NCBI GenBank assembly: GCA_050011535.1
Contig: JBEKIX010000003.1
Coordinates: 37,976 to 101,975, forward strand
DNA length: 64,000 nt
Direction of reading: 5' to 3'
DNA from: Acidobacteriota bacterium
GTDB lineage: Bacteria > Acidobacteriota > UBA6911
Part shown: piece by piece, positions 12,047 to 21,915 of the stretch
How the letters are laid out: each line of letters starts with the position of its first letter
Position numbering within the stretch: position 1 is the stretch's first letter
Program-made: the position numbers and the translations under genes
The notes under the pieces: model-generated
What the model saw: only the letters and a program-made list of their open reading frames with translations
Database searches by the model: none
Told to the model about the DNA's origin: nothing

Positions 12047-12130
12047 GGGTTATGCAATTCGGTTTTCAAAAGTGGCTAAACAGTTACGAGGGCACAGGTC
12101 TGATAATATTGTCTGCAAAGGAGGCAGGCG

Positions 12131-12457
12131 ATGAAACTTGGAGTCATCGAATACATCGATTGTGCTCACTATTTGCCCGGGCATAAGAAATGCGGAATTC
12201 TGCATGGCCACACCTACAGAGTCGAAGTCATTATCGAAGGCGAAAACAAGACGGGTATGATTCTTGACTTCGGCGACCTAAAGGCCCTGCTGCGCGAGAC
12301 GCTCGGCATGTATGATCACCGGTGCTTTAACGATTTTCTCGAGTATCCTTCGGTTGAAAACATCTGCGAGATGATCCACCAGAAGCTGGAGGTCCAGCTG
12401 AGCATGCCTTGCACGGTACGGGTTTGGGAAGGCAACGGCAAATGGGCGGAAGTCTGA
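12131..12457 (+). CDS. queD: 6-carboxy-5,6,7,8-tetrahydropterin synthase (PTPS family)
   Basis: 108-aa ORF. CAHYLPGHKKCGILHGHTYRVEV zinc/His motif of QueD/PTPS. Adjacent to queC. Confidence 0.85.
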   Translation: MKLGVIEYIDCAHYLPGHKKCGILHGHTYRVEVIIEGENKTGMILDFGDLKALLRETLGMYDHRCFNDFLEYPSVENICEMIHQKLEVQLSMPCTVRVWEGNGKWAEV

Positions 12458-13668
12458 TGACTCTTTCGTTGTGGCTGGACACCCCCAGTGTTTCGCGCCC
12501 CCGATTGGACGGGCGGAAAGAAGCGGATGCTATCGTCCTCGGTGCGGGCATGACAGGCATCGGGCTGGCCTATTTTCTTTCCGAACTAAGAGTGCGTACG
12601 CTGGTCCTCGAGGCGGAATCGGTCGCGTGCGGCGCAACCGGCCGGAACATGGGGCTTCTGATCAGCGGCCTTGGCGAGCACTATGCACGCAGCGTCGCTT
12701 TCTGGGGACGGAGCGAGGCCGCCGCGATTACGTCCCTTCATTTGGACAATCAGGATCTTGTCGGCGAGTTGGTGCGCCATCACGGCATCGAGTGCGGTTA
12801 TCGTCGCAGCGGCTGCTACGCTGTCGGCGCCGACATCCAGGAAGAGGAAGAATTGCGGCAGAGTTGTTTGCTCATGCAGGAGGACGGTTTCCCTTGCTCA
12901 TTTCTCGATGCTCGGAATATGAATCTGGCTTTGGGCGGGCGCGGTTTCTTCGGAGGGATGCATTGTCCTCGTGACGGCGTAGTGGATCCTGTGCGGCTGG
13001 TCCGAGGCCTGGCATGCGCCGCGGAACGAGGCGGCGCCGTCATTCTGGAGAGAAGTTCCGTGCAAAGCATTTCCCGGGACGGCCTGCGCTGGGTTGTGCA
13101 GACGACAGATGGAAGCGCTTCGGCGCCCCTCCTCTTTCTGGCCTGCAACGCGTGGCTCCCGTTTTTTCGTGGCGGGATCCCGCTACGGCCCGTGCGCGGG
13201 CAGTGCTGTGCCATCCATGCGCCGGCGGCGGCGATCCCAGATATGGCATGCATCGGGAACTATGGGGCCGAGTACTGGCGGCGATCGGGGGATTACTACC
13301 TTTTTGGCGGATTTGGACGCCTTGGAGGTATGGAAGAAGGCTGCTGGCTGGATGAAGTTGCCGCGGGCATTCAACACGCCATCGAAGAGTTTGCGCGCAG
13401 TCATTTCCCCGACCTTGAATCCGCGCCGGTGACGCACCGTTGGTCCGGGATCATGGCATTCACGCCTGACGGGCTTCCGCTGGTGGGCCCCCTGCCGGGT
13501 GAGTCGGGGCTCTACTTTGCGGGTGGCTACACGGGCCACGGGTTCGGTCACGCTTTCGCGACGGCGAGGCGGCTGGCGGCTCTGGCGGTTGAGGGGCGCG
13601 ACGAAATCCCCGCACTTTGCAGGATCGACCGACCAATGCGCGTCAGCCCCGCGCTCGAAGAAATCTGA
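12457..13668 (+). CDS. FAD-dependent oxidoreductase (DAO/glycine-oxidase-like family)
   Basis: Dinucleotide-binding motif DAIVLGAGMTGIGLAYFL near the N-terminus and C-terminal GGYTGHGFG. The ATG at 12457 overlaps the queD TGA (cTGATGa). The ORF-track start at 12409 lies inside queD. Confidence 0.8.
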   Translation: MTLSLWLDTPSVSRPRLDGRKEADAIVLGAGMTGIGLAYFLSELRVRTLVLEAESVACGATGRNMGLLISGLGEHYARSVAFWGRSEAAAITSLHLDNQDLVGELVRHHGIECGYRRSGCYAVGADIQEEEELRQSCLLMQEDGFPCSFLDARNMNLALGGRGFFGGMHCPRDGVVDPVRLVRGLACAAERGGAVILERSSVQSISRDGLRWVVQTTDGSASAPLLFLACNAWLPFFRGGIPLRPVRGQCCAIHAPAAAIPDMACIGNYGAEYWRRSGDYYLFGGFGRLGGMEEGCWLDEVAAGIQHAIEEFARSHFPDLESAPVTHRWSGIMAFTPDGLPLVGPLPGESGLYFAGGYTGHGFGHAFATARRLAALAVEGRDEIPALCRIDRPMRVSPALEEI

Positions 13669-13745
13669 AGGGTGTTGCCCACCCCTCATGGGGCTTTCCT
13701 GATTGCCGCCTCAGCTCGCGACACAAGTTCCGGCGGCGGTCCCGG

Positions 13746-14519
13746 CTACTTGATGGCACCAAGGCTGGGATAAAGTGTGGGGCTGAAAAGAAGGCGTGCG
13801 AGACCAGGGGCTTCTTTCTGCAGGTCCTCGACTGCTTTTCCCGCCACCCCGGGTTTTGCGGTGGTGAACCAACCGTACTCCGCATCCAGCGCTTCGGCGA
13901 CTTCCTTCAGAGTCTTAACCTCAATGGGACGGATTCCATCTATGTTGAGCGGACGGACGATTAGGTAGCGGAGAAACTGATCGAAGGACTCCGTGAGACG
14001 ATCGGCGAGCACATCGCCGGAGACTGGTTTCTCGTAGCGGAAAGGGACCACGGTTGTCTGGGCGGGGATGAAGTCCAGCCTGAGAGTGACACTGTTGTCG
14101 GCCGTAAGAAGGTCTCCGGCGGATGCCCATTTTGCCGCCAGCCGCGTCGCAATCTGTGAAGCCATATCCGCTGTGATAGTACGGGAATTCCCCAATGCCT
14201 GCATGGTCACCGGCATCGATTCCCAAAGTGGAATTGGCTCCAAATCGGACGCCGTGTGCGCGACCTCGTCCATCAGCACCACGGATCCAAACGAATACCA
14301 GCGCAGATTTGCGTCGTCACTGGGAAGGTTCACCGGAAGCAGAGCGATGCGTGCCGGCGGTGGAATCACCGGAGCCGGACGAGGCTTATGCTTGAAGATG
14401 TGGAAGGGGTGGAGCAGGCATCCCGTTTGAAGGAGCAAGGCGAGGAAGGCGAGCGATAGGAGGAGCGCAACCAGGCTCTTCCTCTGGCTACGCTTTGGCA
14501 TCGATGAGAGTAAGTGCAT
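13746..14519 (-). CDS. Hypothetical lipoprotein
   Basis: ORF 13746..14540. N-terminal basic stretch plus hydrophobic helix ending in the lipobox-like LLQTGC. No recognisable catalytic motif. Start is one of three close Met codons. Confidence 0.5.
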   Translation of the reverse strand: MHLLSSMPKRSQRKSLVALLLSLAFLALLLQTGCLLHPFHIFKHKPRPAPVIPPPARIALLPVNLPSDDANLRWYSFGSVVLMDEVAHTASDLEPIPLWESMPVTMQALGNSRTITADMASQIATRLAAKWASAGDLLTADNSVTLRLDFIPAQTTVVPFRYEKPVSGDVLADRLTESFDQFLRYLIVRPLNIDGIRPIEVKTLKEVAEALDAEYGWFTTAKPGVAGKAVEDLQKEAPGLARLLFSPTLYPSLGAIK

Positions 14520-14556
14520 TTTCACTATGTCTCCAAGCATCGGTTCTTAAGAAATA

Positions 14557-17538
14557 TCAATGACTGCCGACAAATTCACTCCCGGCCAGGACTCCCGCGA
14601 GGGCCTCGGCAAGATGCACTGCCGCGCGTCCGGTCGCGTGCCGGATTTGCTGGCGGCAGGAGGTGCCGGATGCGACAATCAGGGCGTCCTCGGCAGAACT
14701 CCGGATCGCCGGAAAAAGGCGCATCTCGCCGATCTGTAACGACAGATCATAGTGCTCTGTCTCATAACCAAAGGCGCCTGCCATGCCGCAGCACCCCGAA
14801 TCGACTTCCTGCGCAACGAAGCCCGGCGGCATCTTCAACAGACGCAAGGAAGGGCCTGATCCTACCAGGCTCTTCTGATGGCAGTGGCCGTGCAGCAGGA
14901 CCGGCCGCTGCGCGCTCGAAAACTCAGGTTGCCATTCTCCGGCGTCGATGCGGCGGCACAAATACTCTTCGAGCGACAAGACTCGCTCCGCGAGTGCCGC
15001 GGCCTCTTTCGTTCCCAGGAGATCCGGATAATCATCGCGCAAGGTAAGTATGCAACTGGGCTCACAGCCGACGATCCACGCGCCGGACTCGGCTGCCGGA
15101 GCAAGCAGGGCGGCGTTCGTACGCGCCATTTTTTTCGCCTTGGCGAGAAGTCCCTGCGAAATCATGGGCCTTCCGCAGCAGACGACCTTCGGAACCGACA
15201 CCTGCGCCCCGCTGCTCTCCAGTAATCGCAATGCAGCGATGCCAATCCACGGCTCATTGTAGTTGGTGAAGGTGTCGTTGAAAAGGACAACCTTGGGAGA
15301 TGAGGGCGGAAGCGTGCGGGGCGGATGGTTGCGCAACCAATGCCGGAACGTCCGCCGCACAAAAGGAGGCGTCTTGCGATCAGGATGAACGCCGAGAATA
15401 CGCACCAATACGCGACTCACAGGCGACCAGCTCATTGCCCAGTTCGACAACGGAGCTGTTGCCGACCCGAGGCGGCTGAGTGCTGCGATGTCGGCAAATA
15501 CCCGGGCGCGCAACGGAACTCCGTGGTGATCGTAGTAGTGCGCCAGAAACTCGTACTTGAGCTTCGCCATGTCGACATTTGCTGAACACTCGGTTTTGCA
15601 GGCCTTGCATGAGAGACACAAATCCATGGTTTCATGCATCCGCACGCTCGAAAACTCTTCGAGAGGGAGACGTCCAGTCAGCGCCGCGCGCAAAGCGTTG
15701 GCGCGGCCCCGGGTTGAGTGCTCCTCGTCCCGAGTCGCCATGTATGAGGGGCACATGGAGCCGGTGTCGAGCTTACGGCAGACGCCCATGCCGTTGCATT
15801 GCTCGACGGCGCGCACGAGCCCACCCTCGCGTGTAAAATCGAGGTACGTCTTGATCTCGACGCCGGCGTGCTGCGGCTCGTTTCGCAGGTGGCTCGTCAT
15901 CGAAGGCCCGTCGACAATTTTCCCGGGGTTCATGATGCCGGAAGGGTCGAAGGCCGCCTTCAGCTCTTTGAAGGCAGTGTAAAGACGGTCGCCAAACAAC
16001 TCGCGGTTCCAGTGGCTCCGGGCAATGCCGTCGCCATGCTCGCCGCTCATGGCGCCCTTGAACTCGATCACCAGGTCCTTTACGGCCGCGGCGATGTCCA
16101 CCATCTTCTGAACGCCGGACGGTTCCTTGAGATTGATCACCGGGCGTATGTGCAGGCAGCCGACCGAGGCGTGTCCATAGAAGCCGGCGCTCGTGTGATG
16201 CCGCTCCAGGATTTTCCGGAAACGCCGTACATACTCTGCTAGATGTTCGGGCGCCACGGCCGTATCCTCGACGAACGCCGTGGATTTAGCGTCTCCCCTG
16301 GTGCTGGCGAGCAGCCCGACGCCGGCCTTGCGAATCGCCCAAACGTTGGCCTGGGCCTCAGGCTCTTCTACGCGCAGGCATGCGGTGCCCACGCCGATTG
16401 TCCGGAGTCGCTGTTCGAGCTGCGACAGCTTCTGTCTGACCTCCGCCGGGGTCTCGCCGAAAAACTCGACGATCAGGATTGCCGCGGGATCACCTTCCAC
16501 AAACGTCATCTTGCGTGCGAAGGCGGGTTGCAGTCTCGTAAGATCAAGCAGGACTTTGTCGACAAGCTCAACCGCCGCGGGCTGCAGCGCGAGAATCTCC
16601 TGGAGAGCTTCCAGGGCAGCAACCAGGTCTGAGAAATGGACGATGGCCAGCGACTTGACGGGAGGATCACGGGTCAGATTAACGCACGCTTCCGTGCAAG
16701 TCGCCAGTGTGCCCTCGCTGCCAACAATGAGGCGGCAGAGGTTGCCGCCGTCGACTCCCAGCACTTTGTCGAGGTTGTAACCTCCGACGCGCCGCATGAT
16801 CTTTGGATAGCGGGAGTCGATTTCCTGCCGGTTCTCGGCGACCAACTGCTGAACGGTGCGATAGATTCGCCCTTCGAAATTGTCGGACGCGCCTTTCCGC
16901 AGGAACTCTTCAGCGCTCATTTCCGCAAAACCAGCTTCGCCGCCATCGGAGAGCACCAGCCGCAACTCGCGGATATGATCGCCGGTGATGCCGTACAGGA
17001 TGGAATGTGCCCCGGAGGAGTTATTCCCGATCATTCCTCCTAGCGTTGCACGATTGCTGGTCGCGACATCGGGCGGAAATCGCCAGCCTGACTTCTGCAA
17101 ATGAGCGTTGAGCTGGTCGAGGATAATTCCAGGTTCCACGCGGGCGAAGCGCTCCTCGAGATTCACCTCGAGAATCCGATTCATGTACTTGGAGAAGTCG
17201 ATCACGACCGCGGCGCCAACGGTCTGTCCTGCCAGGCTGGTTCCGCCCCCGCGCGGCAAAACGGGCAAACCGTGATAAGAGGCCAGCAAAACGGCCGCCG
17301 CCACGTCGTCTCGCCCGCGCGGCACCACGACAGCCAGGGGCTCAATCTGATAAATGCTCGCGTCGGTGCTGTACAGGAGGCGGGTGAATCGGTCCGTGTG
17401 AATCTCACCCGAAAACTCCTTCCGGAGCTTTGCGGCGAACTCTTGGATGGACTCGTCCGTGCTTTTCACGGTGTATCCTTTACCATAAAGACATTTCTCG
17501 ACCAATGGATTTCCCGCACGACCCCGGCAAAGTCTCAT
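14557..17538 (-). CDS. FAD-linked oxidase fused to Fe-S/CCG cysteine-rich domains (GlcD-GlcF-type fusion, YdiJ-like)
   Basis: 993-aa ORF. FAD-binding PCMH-type N-terminus (PRGGGTSLAGQ), FAD-oxidase C-domain, 4Fe-4S-type CxxCxxC clusters (CNGMGVCRK..; CLSCKACKTEC) and two C-terminal CCG-like regions (CCG..). Size and order match the E. coli YdiJ architecture as I recall it. Confidence 0.85.
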   Translation of the reverse strand: MRLCRGRAGNPLVEKCLYGKGYTVKSTDESIQEFAAKLRKEFSGEIHTDRFTRLLYSTDASIYQIEPLAVVVPRGRDDVAAAVLLASYHGLPVLPRGGGTSLAGQTVGAAVVIDFSKYMNRILEVNLEERFARVEPGIILDQLNAHLQKSGWRFPPDVATSNRATLGGMIGNNSSGAHSILYGITGDHIRELRLVLSDGGEAGFAEMSAEEFLRKGASDNFEGRIYRTVQQLVAENRQEIDSRYPKIMRRVGGYNLDKVLGVDGGNLCRLIVGSEGTLATCTEACVNLTRDPPVKSLAIVHFSDLVAALEALQEILALQPAAVELVDKVLLDLTRLQPAFARKMTFVEGDPAAILIVEFFGETPAEVRQKLSQLEQRLRTIGVGTACLRVEEPEAQANVWAIRKAGVGLLASTRGDAKSTAFVEDTAVAPEHLAEYVRRFRKILERHHTSAGFYGHASVGCLHIRPVINLKEPSGVQKMVDIAAAVKDLVIEFKGAMSGEHGDGIARSHWNRELFGDRLYTAFKELKAAFDPSGIMNPGKIVDGPSMTSHLRNEPQHAGVEIKTYLDFTREGGLVRAVEQCNGMGVCRKLDTGSMCPSYMATRDEEHSTRGRANALRAALTGRLPLEEFSSVRMHETMDLCLSCKACKTECSANVDMAKLKYEFLAHYYDHHGVPLRARVFADIAALSRLGSATAPLSNWAMSWSPVSRVLVRILGVHPDRKTPPFVRRTFRHWLRNHPPRTLPPSSPKVVLFNDTFTNYNEPWIGIAALRLLESSGAQVSVPKVVCCGRPMISQGLLAKAKKMARTNAALLAPAAESGAWIVGCEPSCILTLRDDYPDLLGTKEAAALAERVLSLEEYLCRRIDAGEWQPEFSSAQRPVLLHGHCHQKSLVGSGPSLRLLKMPPGFVAQEVDSGCCGMAGAFGYETEHYDLSLQIGEMRLFPAIRSSAEDALIVASGTSCRQQIRHATGRAAVHLAEALAGVLAGSEFVGSH

Positions 17539-17756
17539 CTCTTGGTTTTACGCAATTCATTCAGTTTGGGCGAAATAATTTTGTCCTTGCTGAAACTGTA
17601 AGAATACGCGAGGGGCAATTAGGACGGCTATCGCAATCAGCCCTCTGGTCACAGTGGCGTCTCTCTTCTGGCAGACAACTGACAAGACCCGTGGTTCAGA
17701 CACTGGCAAGCCCCGAAGTGGCGTGAGTCCATAAGCGCAAAGATATGCTTGCTATC

Positions 17757-17886
17757 GGACCTGGACCTGGACTTGGACCTGAACCTCGACGTGGCCGTGG
17801 ACTATCAAGCGCGCAGCAAAGTTTTGCAAGCAGGATGCTCGCGAAAATCTGTCAAGCACAAGAACGTCCAAGTCCAGGTTCAAGTG
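17757..17886. repeat. Inverted pair of hexanucleotide (GGACCT-type) tandem arrays in a divergent intergenic region
   Basis: 17757-17804 reads GACCTG GACCTG GACTTG GACCTG AACCTC GACGTG GCCGTG GAC. 17864-17886 reads ACGTCC AAGTCC AGGTTC AAGTG, the opposite polarity. A 14-nt perfect inverted match ACCTGGACTTGGAC / GTCCAAGTCCAGGT links them. Confidence 0.75.
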
Positions 17887-18033
17887 GGAAAAGCGGCTTA
17901 AGTTAGCGCTTATGGAGATCACGCTCCCGGGCCGTAGCATGCCGCCCCTCGCGGGGTTTGCCACTGTCTGGATGGCAGTGACAAAACACAACATCGGTCG
18001 TGCACCATGCACTGGGTGAATAGGAGACATGGC

Positions 18034-19524
18034 ATGAGGGTAAATCGTGATTGGAAGCCGCAAAACTTTTCGCGGGAATCAGGCTTTGCGCTCCTGATTG
18101 CGTTGATTGCGCTCGCGCTGCTTTCAGTCCTTGGACTGTACCTCAGCCTGGCGGCAACGGCGGAAGTCCGCATCAGCGACAACTATGAAAGTTATGTACA
18201 GGCGCGTGCCGCGGCACTGGCAGGTTTGAGTCACGCGCGCGCGCTCATGAGGGGTCTCCGCTTCGACGATCTTCTGCAAGGACCAGACGGGGAGCATGAC
18301 ATGAGCGCCGGTTACCTTGCCCACGCCAGAACTGCGGCGAGTCGTACTCCGATCGATTGGACCGTGGCCAGGATGCTCGATATCCAGGATCCCAGCGCGA
18401 TGCTGGCGGGCCTTGCCGACGATGGAACCATGAGCACGGGCGAAAACGCGGCCGGCAACGGGGTGGAATTAATCCCGCGTTTCGGCATTGCGCAAGCAGT
18501 GAAAAACCCGTACGGCGTCGGCACCGTGGTGGTTAGCAGATACTTTGTCAAGGTGTCCGACAACAACGGCGAAGCAAGCGAAATCGCCTCGGATCCCGCT
18601 AATGATCCGTTCCACGACGGTGACGGCCAGATCATCGTGCGCTCGATGGGAGTTGCCCAAACGTTCAGGGAAGAAACCCAGAGTGGGGCGCGCAAAAACT
18701 CGCTGGTGGTCTTCGAAGCGAGATTCAAACACATGTCCATGTTCGAACTCGATTCACCCCTGGTGGTGCAGGGGACGGGCGTCGAGTCTTCCTCGGCGGA
18801 TATGTTCGTCGGCAGTCTTTTCTCGATCCAGGGTGGCGCCGCCAGCTATGGAATCTCGACGATTGACACGAATAACAGTGACGGCGTTTTCCCCGCCCAG
18901 CAGGTCACTGCACATCTCACTGTACAGCAGGGGCAGAACATTCAGGGCACAGGGAAACAACCTTCCGTTCTCGACATCACCTCCACAATCAGCACGAACG
19001 CGGATAAGAAACTTCTCCTGGACGGGGCATACGTCTCGAATTTCATGGCACAAACCGTCCCGCGATTCGCCGACTCCACATATTTCGGATCTCAGACGTG
19101 GATGGGCGCAGCCCCGGCGCAGCTAGGCCATTATGATCCCTTTCAACCGCAGAACGCTCCGGGTCAGACTCCCAAAATGACTTACGTGAATGGCGATCTC
19201 TCCGTGGACGGAAACCTCGACGGAGCCGGCCTGCTCGTGGTCACGGGGAAATTCACTGCCACAGGTAACTTCACATTTTGCGGCCTTATTCTGGTAATTG
19301 GCTCAGGAGAACTCGACATCGGCGGGACGTGCCACGTGACCGGAGCTGTCTATGTCGCGCGTCTGTCCGGTATGGGGGCTGGCGCGAGTTGGGGTGTATC
19401 GAAACTGACTGTCAAGGACAACATCCGCCTCGATTACGATAAAGAAGCGGTCAAAATGGCAGTAAGTTTGTTGCCGCCTCTTCAACTGAGTTTTCGCGAA
19501 ATCACAAGCATCATCGACCCGTAA
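18034..19524 (+). CDS. PilX-N-terminal-domain (pseudopilin-like) secreted protein
   Basis: The ATG at 18034 has AGGAGA 6 nt upstream. N-terminus ESGFALLIALIALALLSVLGLYLSLAATAEVRISDNYESYVQARAAALAGL matches the PilX_N hydrophobic helix pattern. C-terminal GDLSVDGNLDGAGLLVVTGKFTATGNFTFCGLILVIG is typical of this family. Confidence 0.6.
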   Translation: MRVNRDWKPQNFSRESGFALLIALIALALLSVLGLYLSLAATAEVRISDNYESYVQARAAALAGLSHARALMRGLRFDDLLQGPDGEHDMSAGYLAHARTAASRTPIDWTVARMLDIQDPSAMLAGLADDGTMSTGENAAGNGVELIPRFGIAQAVKNPYGVGTVVVSRYFVKVSDNNGEASEIASDPANDPFHDGDGQIIVRSMGVAQTFREETQSGARKNSLVVFEARFKHMSMFELDSPLVVQGTGVESSSADMFVGSLFSIQGGAASYGISTIDTNNSDGVFPAQQVTAHLTVQQGQNIQGTGKQPSVLDITSTISTNADKKLLLDGAYVSNFMAQTVPRFADSTYFGSQTWMGAAPAQLGHYDPFQPQNAPGQTPKMTYVNGDLSVDGNLDGAGLLVVTGKFTATGNFTFCGLILVIGSGELDIGGTCHVTGAVYVARLSGMGAGASWGVSKLTVKDNIRLDYDKEAVKMAVSLLPPLQLSFREITSIIDP

Positions 19525-19620
19525 ACCTTCCGCTTCCGCGGTGCGGAACCTCATGGACCGTTGTGAAATCGTGCTCAAGACCCCTGGCGCTCTGACAATT
19601 GGACCTTACTCGCCCAACCT

Positions 19621-20199
19621 ATGCAGACAGAACTTGCACCATCGACACCCGATCAGCTTGCCATGCCAGTGGAGCTGATTGAGCGCCGCATTTGCCTCAT
19701 TCGGGGTCAGAAGGTGATGCTTGACCGTGACCTCGCCCAGCTTTATGGAGTTGAAACTAAGGCGCTCAATCAGGCTGTGAAACGGAATCAAGACCGCTTC
19801 CCAGACGACTTTATGTTTCAGTTGACTGCCCAGGAGGCTAAACTTTTGAGGATCCATTTTGGCACCTCAAACTTGGAATCACAAAGTGGCGCCTCAAAAC
19901 CTGGTCGTGGCGGCCGGCGGTATCTTGCTTACGCTTTTACGGAGCAAGGCGTGGCCATGCTTTCAAGCGTTCTCAACAGCAAGCGCGCCGTCCAGGTCAA
20001 CATCGCCATCATGCGGACGTTTGTCAGACTGCGCGAACTTCTTGCCACGCACAAGGACTTAGCCCGCAAGCTTGCCGCCATGGAAGATAAGTACGACGCT
20101 CAGTTCAAGGTAGTCTTTGATGCAATCCGAAATCTCATGACACCGGCGCCCCTTCCTCCAAAACGGCAAATCGGATTTGCACCTCCCGAAGAAAAGTGA
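19621..20199 (+). CDS. ORF6N (KilA-N-related) domain DNA-binding protein, paralog 1
   Basis: 192-aa [89 protein letters not shown]. Confidence 0.85.
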   Translation: MQTELAPSTPDQLAMPVELIERRICLIRGQKVMLDRDLAQLYGVETKALNQAVKRNQDRFPDDFMFQLTAQEAKLLRIHFGTSNLESQSGASKPGRGGRRYLAYAFTEQGVAMLSSVLNSKRAVQVNIAIMRTFVRLRELLATHKDLARKLAAMEDKYDAQFKVVFDAIRNLMTPAPLPPKRQIGFAPPEEK

Positions 20200-20204
20200 T
20201 CCAA

Positions 20205-20233
20205 GTTTGAGGTCACAATTTGCGACCTCAAAC
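20205..20233. repeat. Free-standing copy of the ORF6N-internal palindrome, inside a decayed ORF6N remnant (~20203-20340)
   Basis: GTTTGAGGTCACAA-t-TTGCGACCTCAAAC (13/14 arm match), 5 nt after the stop of paralog 1. It translates as LRSQFATSN, the conserved ORF6N motif, but the flanking frame has no ORF6N continuation. Confidence 0.6.
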
Positions 20234-20349
20234 AGCAGTTTGGCCCTTTTGCGTACCTACGGGACGCTGGGAAAACAGCCCGGCACTTCAGTGCCGGGAT
20301 TCTGCATCAGGTTGCTGAATCAGCGCGTTCTGATCTAAGACTCTGCCCA

Positions 20350-20910
20350 ATGCCGAAGCAAGAATCTCAACACAGGTCATCCCACATTCTGATCCCCGTC
20401 GAAACTATCGCGGACGAGATTTATTTGATCCGCAGCCAGAAGGTTATGCTTGATGCTGATCTCGCCAAGCTCTACGGCGTCTCGACGAGGCGTCTCAATG
20501 AGCAGATCCGCCGCAACCGTGACCGTTTCCCTGAAGATTTTGCTTTTGTGCTCTCGTCGGAGGAGTTCGCAAACTTGATGTCGCAAAATGCGACATCAAG
20601 TTTGGGTTGGGGCGGGCGCCGCAAACTACCATACGCTTTTACTGAACACGGGGCGATCATGGCTGCGAATGTCCTTAGCAGTCCCATTGCCGTTGGCGCT
20701 AGCATCCAGGTCGTTCGTGCATTCGTCAGGCTTCGAGAGCTCCTGGCAACTCACAAGGATCTGGCCCGCAAACTCGAGGACTTGGAGCGGAAGTACTCTG
20801 CCCATGACGTCCGAATTCAAGAGATTTTTTCCTGCATCAAGAAGCTCATGACCCCGGCCTGCTCACGACGCCACCTGATTGGCTTTGTGGTTCCCAAAGG
20901 CAAGAAGTAG
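20350..20910 (+). CDS. ORF6N (KilA-N-related) domain DNA-binding protein, paralog 2
   Basis: 186-aa ORF. IRSQKVMLDADLAKLYGVSTRRLNEQIRRNRDRFPEDFAFVLS, GGRRKLPYAFTEHGAIMAANVLSSPIAV, and the C-terminal [15 protein letters not shown] shared with paralog 1. Confidence 0.85.
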   Translation: MPKQESQHRSSHILIPVETIADEIYLIRSQKVMLDADLAKLYGVSTRRLNEQIRRNRDRFPEDFAFVLSSEEFANLMSQNATSSLGWGGRRKLPYAFTEHGAIMAANVLSSPIAVGASIQVVRAFVRLRELLATHKDLARKLEDLERKYSAHDVRIQEIFSCIKKLMTPACSRRHLIGFVVPKGKK

Positions 20911-21056
20911 TCCGCAGCACTTCCTTGATCATTAAGACAAAATGTTTGCCCGTTTTCGAGATGGTCCAACGTCTCTAAACTGATAGGCCCGCCGGATCTG
21001 TTACCGGGAGTGTGCCTCCCGCACATTGCTGAGGGTTTGACAATTCCGGGAGTGAC

Positions 21057-21563
21057 TCAGGGAGTTTCTTCGCCACCCGCAAGGACGCGCTTAGCCGATG
21101 CCACAGCTGAGGCGGCATCGGTAGTGATCTCGAGTATTGAAGAACTCATCGCCGCAAAAACGTGAACAACATCCTCGGGCTGGCAAACGAGGATTGCCGG
21201 TTGCTTGTACTTCAGCGCAAGAGCCAGCTCGGATGCGGTTCCGGCACTCATGCCAACGAAGAATAATACCTGGCTGGAAAGGACATTGATGTTGTTGCGC
21301 GCATCGTTCATGCCGGTAATGATCGGGATGTCGACCGCAGCCGACATTTCTTCATCATCTATTCCCGGAAGGATCCCGACAACCATGCCTTGTGCAGACT
21401 TGGCGCCGCGACTGGCAGCATCCATGACTCCGACTCGCCGCCCTCCCGTGACGAGGATCCAGCCCTGTTGCGCAATCAATCTACCAAGTTCATAGGCTAA
21501 GCGGATGTCATCGTCCGTAGCGCCCTCTCCGGGCCCCATCACCCCGACAAGCGTCTTGCTCAT
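21057..21563 (-). CDS. TIGR00725-type / LOG-SLOG superfamily Rossmann protein
   Basis: 168-aa ORF. VGVMGPGEGAT...GWILVTGGRRVGVMDAASRGAKSAQGMVVGILPG, then PIITGMNDARNNINV..., is the pattern of the TIGR00725/LOG-like family. Confidence 0.75.
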   Translation of the reverse strand: MSKTLVGVMGPGEGATDDDIRLAYELGRLIAQQGWILVTGGRRVGVMDAASRGAKSAQGMVVGILPGIDDEEMSAAVDIPIITGMNDARNNINVLSSQVLFFVGMSAGTASELALALKYKQPAILVCQPEDVVHVFAAMSSSILEITTDAASAVASAKRVLAGGEETP

Positions 21564-21714
21564 TGTATGCTCCGCAACTCAATAAAATTATTAAAACACC
21601 CCAAGCTGAAAGGCGCCTTTCATCCTCCTTTAAAGGACTCATCCCCACATTGAACAACTATTCTAGACGGTCCGACCCCGACCTCGCCCCGCAAGTAATC
21701 CTTCGCGCGCTGGA

Positions 21715-21915
21715 TCATCGATCCGGCACAATCTCCTTCACGCGGCCCACTTCTCCACTCGCAAGGCGCACTTTGATACCGTGCGGGTGGGTGGCGGAGT
21801 TGGTCAGAATGGTCTGAACGATTCCCTCTGCCAATTTCCCGCAGTGCTGGTCCTGCTTTTGGACAATCCGGACGCGTGCTCCGGGCTTAATATCGGACCG
21901 ACATCTACCGTCCAT
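21715..21915 (-). CDS. YwbE family small protein
   Basis: 66-aa ORF. IKPGARVRIVQKQDQHCGKLAEGIVQTILTNSATHPHGIKVRLASGEVGRVKEI closely follows the YwbE/DUF2196 consensus as I recall it. Confidence 0.85.
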   Translation of the reverse strand: MDGRCRSDIKPGARVRIVQKQDQHCGKLAEGIVQTILTNSATHPHGIKVRLASGEVGRVKEIVPDR

